From contig NC_042999.1 in NCBI RefSeq assembly GCF_006345805.1, positions 89,714,001 through 89,778,000 of the forward strand: a DNA stretch of 64,000 nucleotides. Direction: 5' to 3'. The position numbers were made by a program, and so were the translations under genes. Shown here piece by piece: positions 42,331 through 54,229 of this stretch. Source of the stretch: Octopus sinensis. Lineage: Eukaryota. Each line of letters begins with the position of its first letter. Position 1 is the first letter of the stretch. The notes under the pieces were generated by a model that saw only the letters and a list, made by a program, of their open reading frames with translations, had not been told where the DNA came from and searched no databases.

Positions 42331-42638
42331 ATATATAATCACACTGCGAAAAACCACTTCATGAACAGAAAAGCAAACATTGACTTAACCAGTTGAGACT
42401 CTCCTTGAAGCTTTCTATTCTTCTCTCTGTCAGTGGAAAGATATATATCTAACAGCTATATGTAATCACTGATTCAGTTAGCTACGCTAAATCGATAAAC
42501 CTGATTTGCATGAATAGCACTATGCTTTCAACTTAAATTAATTATGAATGCAGTAAACTGTCCAAATCCACTGTTTGGTTCATTAATAATATCTTTGTAT
42601 ACATATATAACTGTCCGTATGTACTAATATGATGCATG

Positions 42639-42711
<73 letters not shown>

Positions 42712-42721
42712 GACAATATAA

Positions 42722-42752
<31 letters not shown>

Positions 42753-42826
42753 TGTATGTATGTATGAATGTATGTACATATGTATACATTTAATATCTAA
42801 TATAATATATATATGTATGTATAGAT

Positions 42827-42885
<59 letters not shown>

Positions 42886-43366
42886 TATGCATAATATACG
42901 ATATGTATATGTACGTGTGAGCCTCTGTGTATATGTGAATGCATATGTGTGTGTGTGTGTGTAACGTGTACGTATGTATGTATGTATGTGTGTGTATGTA
43001 CGTATGTATTTTTGCTTGTAGACGCACATATATGAAGGACACCGGCTTCAGTTTCGACGGATAAGCGTCCAGTTGTGAGATCAGCTGGACGACCTATTAA
43101 CTGATGTAGCGTGCGAAGTGTACTCTTAGAGTAATTCTCAAGTAGACTCAGCATAGCAATGTGACGAAATCAGACCGTTGAATCATAAATACGGTCTCTC
43201 CGACGGTCTTCTGAATACAGTTTCTAACTATCGAATTTTACTCGCAAGGTTTAGGCTGATTCGAGGCAATGGAAAAGGTACTTGTCCGAGATACAACACA
43301 CTAGGTCTCGCTTATGGTCTTATAGCTACGAAGCGAACTTTTTAACCACTAACCTATATCTGCACC

Positions 43367-43684
43367 GTGGTGGCGCAATGGCTCAGTGATTTGGGCAGCG
43401 GAGTCGCGGTCGGAGGATCGCGGTTTCGATTCCCAGACCGGGCGTTGTGTGTGTTTATTGAGCGAAAACACCTAAAGCTCCACGAGGCTCCGCCAGGGAG
43501 TGGTGGCGTCCCCTGTTGTACTCTTTCGCCCCAACTTTCTCTTACTCTTTCTTCCTGTTTCTTGAGTAACGCTGCGATGGACTGGCGTCCAGTTCAGCTA
43601 GTGGGGAACACATACGCCACAGAAACCGGTAAACTGGGCCCATGAGCCTGGCTAGGCTTGAAAAGGGGCGCATAAATAAATAAA
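43367..43684 (+). mobile_element. SINE family D with 12-bp TSD
   Basis: TATATCTGCACC at 43355-43366 and 43685-43696; (TAAA)n tail. Confidence 0.92.
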
Positions 43685-43952
43685 TATATCTGCACCCACA
43701 ATACCCCACCACACACACTTGCACGCGCACAAACATGCTCCTACAGAATCGCGCCCTCACGCTCATTTTTTAAAGTTGTTCTGTGATTCTGTTAAATAAG
43801 TTATTTTACGAAGCTACTCAAATATACTAAAAGAAGCTCTAAATAATTGTTTTTAACATTGTAGCAATAAATACTATATCGTCGCAGACCAGAAAAAGAA
43901 AAAAGAAATCCTTTTAGAGGAGAATCATTAATGTATAGAATCATTCATGGGA

Positions 43953-44161
43953 ATCAAGTGGTATTATTTATCTCCACTTAAGCGTGGATGTTCTATTAGA
44001 ACAAATTATACTGTGCTAATTACCATGAGAGAAACTCTCTACCATAAGAGAAACTCTCTACCGTGAGAAAAACTCTATACTACGAGAGGAACGCTCTTCC
44101 CCAGTATAGTTTGTTCCAATAGAACACCCACGTTAAGTGAGGATAAAAATTACCTCTCGAT
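43953..44161. mobile_element. Small MITE-like inverted-repeat element
   Basis: Arms 43960-44013 and 44102-44154 are imperfect reverse complements. The core has about three copies of GAGAAACTCTCTACC-like units. Confidence 0.65.
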
Positions 44162-44600
44162 ATTAATACTGCCTCTGTCGCTAATATATATTTTTCAAAT
44201 CAGTATGTCCACCATAAACTACTGTACCAGAGGTGCCAGCCTCTATCCCTCTCTCTCCCTCACACACACACACATACACACACACGAAGGTCAGCGTCCT
44301 GATTACGGCGAAAAAAGTATGCCACTAAAACTGCTGCCTGTTTTTAAATGAAAATAGTTTACTGGACGTGGTCTTGAATGAATTTGAACCATCAATGTGT
44401 TGGCTTGGGCATTCCTTATCACTACTACACTGGAAGTAAAGAATATATACAAAAAAGTGAACTATTCCTCCAAAATGGGCAATTCAGAGAATAAGCTATT
44501 ATAAAATGCAAGAATATACTTGCCAGGTCTTCTTCACTCACTTTTATAAATTGCCATATTACTTATAAATTTTTGCATGCTCCTACATGACCTGTTTCTC

Positions 44601-46382
44601 GAACACGTGTCGGAAATTTACCCACGTGTGTTGTTATCTGTGATTAGACGTTGAAATTTTGTTGTGTAAAGTGATTAATATCGCGCGAGGCATTTGCCTC
44701 CACGTTTGGAAACCTTCTGAAGAAGGTGAATTGACCCTCTAGTCATGGCGACTTACGCGGGGGTCACGGGAAAGAATAATAATGATTCGGCAATAATCGT
44801 GAAGGATGTTTTCTTTGAGAAAAGTAAAATCAAAGAATATGAAAAGCTATTCAAAAGGGAGGGTGATAGCGTGAAGCTAATCCCCCCCGCGAAAGCAAAG
44901 GAGGACAAGGAAAACAAAACTGTAACGTATAGAACCCAGGACAAAAGTACAAAGAAACTGGCAAGAGTGGAGATAGCAGAGATCGAAAAATGTCTGGGAG
45001 ACATAATGGATAAATCGACCTACGTGAGTAGAGGAAAAAAATTTGGTACGGTGGAGGTGAGATGTGCAACGGAAGAAATTGCAGCCTCACTGGCTACCAC
45101 TGTTCTAAGAGCGGAAACATTTATAATGTGGCCCTCATACAAGGGAAGAAGAGGGGTCCGGGTTAAAATCCCGAATATACCCCCAGAAGTAAAAACAGAA
45201 TGGCTGGCAACAGCTATTCTAGGAGCAGCAGAAGAGGAAGTGGAGGTGGAATCCTTTAAGGAGTCCAACGCAGTAAATTGGAGAGGATATGGGGTAGAAC
45301 TGTGTTTGATGGCCACAAAGAGGACATTGAAAGGTTCCCCTATAGAATAGAAATCGAAGACGAGAAAACCCTCAGTGTAATTGTAGAGGGAAGAAAGCCA
45401 AACTGCTACTTGTGCGGGACAAGGGGGCACATTAAAAAAGAGTGCCCGTTATATGAATTCATGGCGGAGTATGAGAAGGAAAATGAAGAAAAGAAGAATA
45501 CGGTAAATGAAAAAGAAAACATAGAAAAGGAGACAAAACAACAAGAGAAGGAAATAATAAGTCAACGAAGGAAAAAGAAATAAAAGAAAAGAAAGAAATA
45601 GAACCAAAACAGAGTCAGGAAAAGAAAAGGAAAAAGAAACAACAGGAAAAAAACAAGAGAGAGAACAGAACCAAACGAAAAAAAAGACGGCACACAAAAA
45701 GAAAAAGAAAAGGAACATAAAACACGAGAGAAAGAGAGAACAGACAAAGAACCAAAAAGACAAGAGAAGGAAGAAGAAAGAAAAGAAGGCAAAAAGAGAG
45801 AAAGAGAGAACAAAGAGAGGAGAACAAGGAAGAATAAGCCCGAAAAGAAAAACGAGAGAAAACGTAGGACGGAAACAAGATTACTACAAGTTAATAACCT
45901 TCCATTTCAGCCCCGAAATGAAGGAATTGACATGTAGTATGGAGGGACATGTGTGGGTCAACAGGATGACTGATCAGTGGCAGGAGACTGCTCTGATCCC
46001 CGAAGAAAGAGTCGCTGAGTTCCTCAGAGCAGCTGGAGAGAGTGTATTTTTTACACGGGTGTTCGAGTGAAAGAGCGGCTGCCTGAGGGCTCAGTGATTG
46101 ACTTTAGAGACTTGAAAAGTATTATGGAATACGTGTGAGATTGTGAGAGGAGAGAGAAGAAAGAAGAGAAAAAAGAAAAAAAAAAATTGTGAACTATAGG
46201 TGACGAAAATGTAACCTCTCGATTCCGGGGATCGAGTGGGCATTTGCATCTCATTGTAAATATTCTTTCATTTGTCATTTTTATTTTTATTTTTTCCCTT
46301 CTTGTCATTTCGCTTTCTTATTTTAAGTTCCCCGATTGTATTGTCCCCTCTATGTTCGCCCCTTGTGGGTAGTAATAAAATC
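44601..46382 (+). mobile_element. ORF1-only non-autonomous L1/Tx1-type retroelement with perfect 16-bp TSD
   Basis: ACATGACCTGTTTCTC at 44585-44600 and 46383-46398. Layout: 144-nt leader, ORF1, short 3' UTR with AATAAA at 46374-46379. No EN or RT sequence. Confidence 0.85.
44745..46070 (+). pseudogene. ORF1 of the ORF1-only element (zinc knuckle, K/E-rich tract), frameshifted as assembled
   Basis: MATYAGVTGK... KTVTYRTQDKSTKK...YVSRGKKFGTVEVR aligns with KTIIYKVINKKTRR...YISWGNKFGTVQVR of the 39-40 kb ORF1. CYLCGTRGHIKKEC knuckle. The final frame ends ...VFFTRVFE* at 46068-46070. Confidence 0.8.
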
Positions 46383-46414
46383 ACATGACCTGTTTCTCAT
46401 TACTAAGAGCTCCT

Positions 46415-47200
46415 CTTTTGGTGATGAGGGTGAGATTACCCGAAGCGACTAAGCATATGAAGTTAATAATCTGAATGATGATTAATTCTTTTCGCTTTTG
46501 CAATTGTTGGAACTATTTTGAAAAAAAAAAAAAGTTATGCATATGCCGGATAAGAACATTCAAAAAAGTATAACAAATTACCTGCGGGAAAACCAGTCAA
46601 CATGTCGATGACTGTAGTACAATTGAGTGAAGTTTTGAAGCAGCAAGTCTCAATTCGAAGTGGCTCAAATGCGGCTAATATAGGCATTGAGCAAGCGAAC
46701 GACAGTTCAGTTATCAAGTCAAGTCACTGATTCAGTTTTAATGACACAATGACAAGCAGCATCACAGAGTTCCATTATGATCCTGGTGCAGGTATAACTT
46801 TCGTCTCGTACTTCAAACGATTTGAAGACATTTTTAAAATCGAACTGAAGCGCAAGGAAGATGCATGGCGAGTCAGGTTACTCTTGAGGAAACTTGGCAC
46901 AACAGAACACGAGATATTGCAATTTTATTCTGCCAAAGGATACGAAAGATTCAACTTCTGACCAGACCGTACAACAACTGCCAGAAATCTTTGGCGAAGA
47001 TTCATTGTTGTTCAGTATTCAATGCAAGAAACTGATTAAACAGGAAAGTGAAGGCTATATCACTTATGCAGGTAGGGTCAATCTTAAATGCGAACAGTTC
47101 AAGTTATTAACTGTGACAGAAGACCAGTTCACATGCTTGATTTTTATTTGCGGCTTACAGTCACGTACCAACAGGATGTCTCTTGGACTCGCGAGTCTTG
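46415..47200 (+). mobile_element. Ty3/Gypsy (Mag-like) gag remnant
   Basis: SITEFHYDPGAGITFVSYFKRFEDIF...VRLLLRKLGT...YCNFILPK...FTCLIFICGLQS. TTTGGTGATGAGG at about 46417 resembles a CpG-decayed TGGCGACGAG primer-binding site. Confidence 0.75.
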
Positions 47201-47234
47201 CATTATGTCAGAGCTTGAAAATTGTTCTTTTCCG

Positions 47235-47452
47235 ATTTAACAGCAGGAGATAACTGCAAAATACCTAATCAACAAATGGGACGATGAAACCCTTAAAACT
47301 CCCAAGATGCAACCGGAAACATCGATTAATGTCATCCTTCTGTGAAGGTTATAACACTTGTAATCAACAGCTGCCTGAGAATGTCATCGAGGTACTACAT
47401 CCCAATGCGACATGCTATTGTTACTCTGAGATAACATAAGCATGTGTGTGTG

Positions 47453-47499
<47 letters not shown>

Positions 47500-47945
47500 A
47501 TGCGTGTGTTTTATTTCAACACAAGAAATATTGTTGGGACATTCACATCGGAACTTCTACCATGTGAAAGCCGGCTTGATATAGCTATTTAGGACAAAAA
47601 GAAAAATCGTGTGTAATCATATGCAAATATGAACGTCTCTTCTAAAACCAGCGTGAAGGAGTATAATTTATGGACAACTACTTCGAAACCAGCAGCTTCT
47701 TTCACCTCATTTCAAATTTACGATTATTCCACTGGTTATTAGAGTATTTGGTTTTGTTAGTAAATGTCTAAATGACAATCTGGAAAAGCTAGAATTTTAG
47801 GGCTAGGGTAGATACCACCTGATATGCATTTTATAATGCAATATGCAAATGCAGCAGTAATTACATGCATGACTTTCCTAATGTTCAACATGTAACAAAT
47901 ATCGGTGTTGTTATCCGAATTCCAGTAGCGAAGCTAGTTTCTGCA
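47235..47945 (+). mobile_element. R4-like LINE 3' fragment (zinc finger plus RLE), interrupted by (TGCG)n
   Basis: KYLINK, NSCLRMSSRYYIPMRH. Nucleotide similarity to 19831-20290. Confidence 0.7.
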
Positions 47946-48144
47946 TTAGAAACCAACTCCCTCCTTCTATCCTTCTAGGAAGAGTTCTAATTAATGAAAA
48001 CAAAAAGTGAAGATATATATAATGAGAGGATGGCCGTAAACTCTGGATACGTAGCTTCTTTAGATAAACTTATATTCAATCTGCGAAGGAAAAAGAAATA
48101 GCAAGAATATTTTGCTTACCATGTATCCAAACTTTATGGTCACC

Positions 48145-48189
<45 letters not shown>

Positions 48190-48195
<6 letters not shown>

Positions 48196-48660
48196 CGGAG
48201 AATGGTGCGTTGGAGAGGTAGGGTGGTGGGGTGGTAGGTGAGAGGAAACAGGTGACGGGAGATGGCAGGGCGGGTGTAGGGAGAGAGCAGATACATGGTC
48301 CACGGAACGTGCTCTAGCAAGGGCAGTGTGGATAGTGGTGAGGGGATATCCACGTAGGATGAAGTGGCGAGCCATGAGTTGAGACTGAGTCTCAAAGTCA
48401 TGGTCGTCACTACAGAGCCTGCGTAGACGGAGGAATTAGGAATAGGGGATGGAAAGCTTGGTGTGTTTAGGGTGGGAGGAGGAGAAGTTGAGGTATGAGT
48501 GTGAGTCTGTGTATTTGTAGCGGATGGAGGTGGTGAGAGTGGAATGTTGAATGCTGACTGAAATTTCAAGAAAGGAGACAGAGGTGTCAGAGACAGTGCA
48601 GGAGAAGTGGAGAGTAGGATTGAAAGATTTGACAAAAGAGAGGAAGGAGTCTAGATGTTC
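48190..48660 (-). mobile_element. Penelope-like element fragment (post-RT region)
   Basis: HFILRGYPLTTIHTALARARSVD and PLTYHPTTLPLQRTILR motifs. Confidence 0.65.
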
Positions 48661-48709
48661 GCGGGTGAGTGAGGTCGCACCGATACAGTCGTAAATATAA
48701 CGGCCGTAT

Positions 48710-48753
<44 letters not shown>

Positions 48754-51700
48754 CCAACATAATGTGGCTGTCCTGGAAGGGATTATTGTGATTGTTGTTT
48801 AGCCCCAGGTAAATCCAAGTTGAAAAGTTCAATGAAATCAGAAAAAAATTTTGAGAGGAAATTCAACAAAGCAGAACCAGCAGATGAGACGATACAGTCA
48901 CTTGTGCGCTAATTTAAGCGAATTGATTCTGTATAAGAAAGCAGATGAACGTCTTAGTTATCAGAAGATTTAGCGAATACCGTAAGTTAAAAATCATAAA
49001 TGAAAATCCATGTATGTTCTCTCGTGCAGCAGCTCACAGGCTCAACAAAGACGTGTACAAAATGCAGAAAAGTCTATTATTGGCAGATTATTGGCATACT
49101 TACACAATTCTCCACTTCCCCGCACGACTTTGTTTCTTCATAGAAAATTGGTATTTTTTAATGAAATTTTTTACGAATGCCTTTCAAATAGTCTAGATTG
49201 CTGTTATATCGAATTTGTTGTGAAAACGTTTTGGGAAGAGGATTTAACGGAATTGGTTGTGTTGAGGGATAAAGCTGATTTGAGTTCCAATATACGTGTG
49301 CGTGCAGATAAAGGAAGAAACAGAATCCAGGAGGATAAAATGCGACGATTTATTTAACCCGTTAAAGAGCATTAACACGGCAAAGCGCTTGAGATACATC
49401 TTGAAATATACTGTCAGCAAATGTACAGTGGTTTCTCATGCAGTTGGTACATGATGTATGCAGTGTAAATGCGTAACATGACTTCTTGTGGAGAACAAGA
49501 ACAGACGTAAACGTCGAAGATTACCTGTGAAGATAATCTTGCTCTTTGCCGAGATTAGAACTCAACTGCACAACTCACCTCACTAAAGAAATAGCGGGAA
49601 ATGTTTCCTTATATAGGTTTATGTCTATCCCAGCGGATACACATAAATCTTCTGTGCTCGGCTGGTCTGTCACGTGATGGGATGAGAGCCAGAAGGGTTA
49701 GATCGACGTACAACCCATTACGTGACCACTTGCAAAAAAAAAACAGGCATACAAGTCAATATGAGCCCTTTTAAGCCTAAATAGCCAACTGGTAAACATG
49801 CTTCTGCTACAAGGACAAAATTTTAGATGTTTCACACGAGTCGACTTCATTTCCTCACAAGTTTCAGAAAAACATTCATTGAAATTTTCTACAAATACCT
49901 TTCAGATGGTATAGAATACGATTGTATCGGAATTTAAAGTTAAAAGAAAAAAGTGGGTGCACATACAGGCATACTGACACACATATACATAAAATTAAAC
50001 TGGAAATTTTGAAAAAATTGTAATGTATGTCGGTATGTATATATGTACGCGCCCACCAATGTCTTTTTTTTTTTATTTTACATTAAATTCCGATATCATT
50101 GTAGCGAACACTCGAGTGAAATTCCTCTCTACCCTTTATCATATATACATGCATTCGAACGTAGCAGGTAACAGCTAGCCTTTGGCCGATATTTGGACCC
50201 CGTTATATCCACAACTCTGATTGGTTGGTATTGGCGCAATTTGTCTCTTACTCTGACGCGCCAATTTGCCGCGTAGAACCAATCGGAGCCTCTAAATAAA
50301 ATCATGTAAGACAGCCTGTTCTCAACTTTGAACCTACAGCTCCTTATAAAAATCCAGCTGCTCTTCGTTTCGAGGTTATTGGTTTGTTTCAGACCTTTTA
50401 AGGTCTAGCCCTGTACCAAATGACGTAGGCAGTAGCATTACATCCACAACTTCACGTACGACATGTACCGCAGCCGGCTCAGCATCATAGCTGCAACTTC
50501 TTGATACAGTATTTCAACTACCGTGTACAATTGACTACGAAACTGATATTTTCATTTCTTGTGTCTGTGAACATTTGTCTAACTTCTCATTATAGGCTCT
50601 TTCACTACCTTCTTCATTGCTATTCTTATATGTTCTTAACAGATATTCATAGATTCATGTCTATACACACATACACTTTGTTCTCATGACGGCCTGTCTA
50701 TTAATCTGTATTCATGACGCACACACAGACGCATATGTTAACATATCAATAAATCTTTTCTTAAACATTCTACTCAGTTGAGCCTCTCCTTTTCCCTCTG
50801 GCACATATATGTATCATTCTTTTTATATTTATTGTAAGGACTGCGTGATGTACGATAGAGCCATTCCCCTCACCTCGTATCGCACAGTCTTTACATCATA
50901 ATCTACACGATCTGGAAAGTATTTATAGAAAAGTTTATTAGAAAAATACCCATTTTTCTGAAAGTTATGAGGTAACAAATTTGGGTAGGACACACTTATG
51001 TAGGTATGTCCAATCATCTGCAGGTTTTACATGATTCACCAGATAACTATTGTGACACATCTCTCTGTGTTCATCTTGAGTATTTGCGAAAGCAAAATGA
51101 TAAAAGAAAAACTCTAATCGTCTCATTTTTATTACAATACTACTTGACTATATGTCCACCCGGTACGTTTCGCAACCATGTGGATCTGTGTTCGATCTCA
51201 CATTATAGCATCTTGGGCAAAAGTGACTGATTCTGACTGAGAATTACTTTACGAGAAGCAAATCATTCAGTTGATCAAATGAAATTCGTCGTCCAAATTA
51301 ACGAAGACCTTCATGTGTGTGTGAATGCGAGCGCACGCCAGTGATATGATATTGGGTGAGGGGGGCACGAATGAGATTCGTCTACATATCGTCTTAGGGC
51401 AAGTACTATTTTTCATATCTGTGTGTTACCCTAAACCTTACGAAACTCTTTAGAAGCCCCTTGATGGCCTGCACTTGTAATTCAAAGGTACAACCAAGTC
51501 ACACTGTGTCATGTTGATTCTGTCAGAGAATCACTTTTATGTAAATGTGTGTGTGCGTGTGTGTGTGTAGACTACTCAGCCTCTTGCACGTTAAATGAAT
51601 GCAGGGTTTGTTCAGGTAGTTATACAACTAAGTGCTATTCGTCGAAAACAACGGAAATCCAGATACAAGGGAAAGTAAAAATAAAAATAAAAATAGAAAT

Positions 51701-51843
51701 TCAAATGTGAAGTTATGAAGACAATGCTCTTAGAGCAACAGTCCACACCCTTTTCCCCCCCACGGACCGGGTGGATCACATGAATAACAAAACACAATAA
51801 TGAGCCTAAAGGTTTAATTATTATACACATATAAAGCAAAAAC

Positions 51844-53010
51844 GGTCAATATACGGTTGAAGCCCTGGTCACGAAAAAAAAACAAAAAACACAGCCTACT
51901 AGGTGTAAAAAAATGTTTAGAAAACGATTATGAAAACAAAAATTTGCGCAAATGAACGGAGAAGGGGAGAAGACTTTCGGAAAATTCACAAGATCCGATT
52001 TTTCCCTCATAACTTTCAGGAAAATGAATATATATTGACGAAATTTTATAGAAATACTGTTAAAATAAAACAAATTACGATTATAAAGAGATTTTTGGGG
52101 AAAATGTTTTCCGAAGGGGTGGGGAGAGGACTGTCGGAAAGTTCACATGATCCGTTTTTTACCCCTCATAACTTTCAGGATCTAGTTTAGCGCCCGATCA
52201 CCAAAACGAAAGAAAAAAATCCAGTCTAATAGGTGTAATAAAATGTATAGAAAGCAAATATGAAGGTAAAAATTTGCGCAAACGAACGGGGGATGGGTGG
52301 GGGAAAGGAATTTCGGAAAATTCACATGATCCGATTTTTTCTCTCATAACTTTCAGGAAAATGGATATCTTTTAATGAAATTTTACAGAAATACGTTTCA
52401 AACAGCATAAATTACGATTATAAAGAAATTTGTGGGGAAAATTTTTTCCGAAGGGGTAGGGAGAGAAGCAGCCAAGTTATACCTTCCTCTCTCGAATCGT
52501 TGCCGTCAAATAATTACCAACCAAGACGAAGATATGTACATGTATGTTTGCGAAAATTTTTGTTTTCATATTCATTTTCTACACGTTTTTTTCTTACACC
52601 TATCAGACTTTTTTTCTCTGCTTTTTTTTTTTTTTCGTTTTGCTGACCGAACGCTAAACTAGATCCTGAAAGTTATGAGGGGAAAAAAACGGATCGTGTG
52701 AACTTTCCGACAGTCCTCTCCCCATCCCTTCGGAAAGCATTTTCCCCCAAATTTTCTTTATAATTGCAATTTGTGCCAATTGAACGGTATTTCTATAAAA
52801 TTTCATCAATATATATCCATTTTTCCTGAAAGTTATGAGGGAAAAATCGAATCTTGTGAATTTTACGAAAGTTCACTCCCCACCCCCACTCCCGTTCGTT
52901 TGCGCAAATTTTTGTTTCCATATTTGCTCTCTACACATTTTTTTACACCTAGTAGACAGTTTTTTTTTTGTTTTTTTTTCGTGACTGGGCCTTAAACTGT
53001 ATATTGACCC
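51844..53010. mobile_element. Foldback/long-TIR non-autonomous DNA element
   Basis: 52548-53010 is the reverse complement of about 51844-52282. Internal tandem sub-repeats. CAAAAAC direct repeats flank it (51837-51843, 53011-53017). Confidence 0.8.
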
Positions 53011-53199
53011 CAAAAACACGCCGCAGACTGCGATTCGATAAAACAGATAAAATTTTAAAAGTTTATTCTTTCTGTGCGGCTGCGTAGTTGTGGACTCTGG
53101 TGTAGAGTGCATAGAATATACAACCAAAAATATATATGTTAAATACATATAACACAAAAGATCACAAAGTATTTATTACAGCTCCAGGACGGACACCTC

Positions 53200-53270
53200 C
53201 AGACCGGAAGAGGAAACTAAATATAAACGCATGCGTTACATGAGTGCTTGTTGAATGGAGCAACAAGTGC
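53200..53270. promoter_or_regulatory. Putative TTC21B promoter elements
   Basis: ETS-type CCGGAAG (53204-53210), palindrome AACGCATGCGTT (NRF1-like, 53226-53237), and CTTGTTG-N7-CAACAAG. All lie 120-180 bp upstream of the ATG. Confidence 0.35.
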
Positions 53271-53385
53271 TTATGTAGAAAACAAAAGCATATTGTAATA
53301 GATGAATTTTGTTCTTAAATGTATTTCTGTTATCAACATCCAAATTAATTGTTTCTTTCTTTAAAACTTTCTTAAACTTGAAAGG

Positions 53386-53412
53386 ATGGCAGAAGAAGAT
53401 TCTGTTTTAATG
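53386..53412 (+). CDS. TTC21B: TTC21B/IFT139 coding exon 1 (MAEEDSVLM)
   Basis: ATG, then a strong donor ATG|GTGAGT. Phase 0 joins exon 2 in frame. Vertebrate exon 1 is similarly short. Confidence 0.75.
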
Positions 53413-54229
53413 GTGAGTGCTGTATTATTGGTTTTGTTTAAAACACTTCCCACCGGTTGCCATAACTACCGCTTAAGCTTCATGCTCCATATCAACAGTG
53501 AAAATGACTTGAATGTCTGTTTCTTTGTTTACATATTTACGTTAGAAATTACTTATATTGTTTAATTATTTTGATATGTAAAGAGGAAAATAAAATCAAA
53601 ACAAAACTAAGTTTAATGAAACCATCTATTAAAAAAATACGAGCATTTAAATCATGTACTTCATATAACAATATGTAATATAACTTAGTAGTTTAATATT
53701 CAATTGCTATTAATATTGTTTTCGTTGCTATTAATTTTATTGTTGTTATTAAATACCTTTTGAGGAAAATATAAACAATTATACTGCCTATATTCTCCCT
53801 CCTGTGACCTAAACTTTATAAATGCGAATACCGAGAATAGCTTTCTCTATTTTATTTATTAAGTGTTGTAATAATGTTGCCCAAGTTACAAATAACAAAA
53901 ACTTTATTTTGTAACCTTCTACCTTTGTTCCATTCAGACATGTAATGCTATAGAGGTAACGTAAACTCTTGCATAAAAAAAAAAGCACCGAAACATGGAC
54001 ACTCGAACTGCTAGTAGTAACAACTGAATTCTTTCAAGTCACATCCCACTGCCTTGAAAAGCACATTAAGAACCTCAAATGATGTAGTCCGAGATAAACT
54101 GTGTGAAAAACCGGGATCTGCATGGCTAAATGCCTTTTCGTCGGTGAGGTTCAAACACAGGGTTAGCAGCAGGTATGAACGAGTGATATTCTAGGAAGAT
54201 GCCCAAGAGTGAAAGAATATTTGGCGGTC

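Noticed and set aside
45449-45878. Hydrophobic F/L/S-rich minus-strand ORFs
   Set aside because: They are antisense shadows of the A/G-rich K/E tract of the ORF1-only element.
48840-49400. Possible Tc1/mariner HTH remnant (KFERKFNKAEPADETIQSLVR)
   Set aside because: Too degraded to define boundaries or confirm the catalytic motifs.
50140-50185. Possible Helitron 3' end (…GGTAACAGCTAG)
   Set aside because: The hairpin is not intact and no matching 5' end was found.
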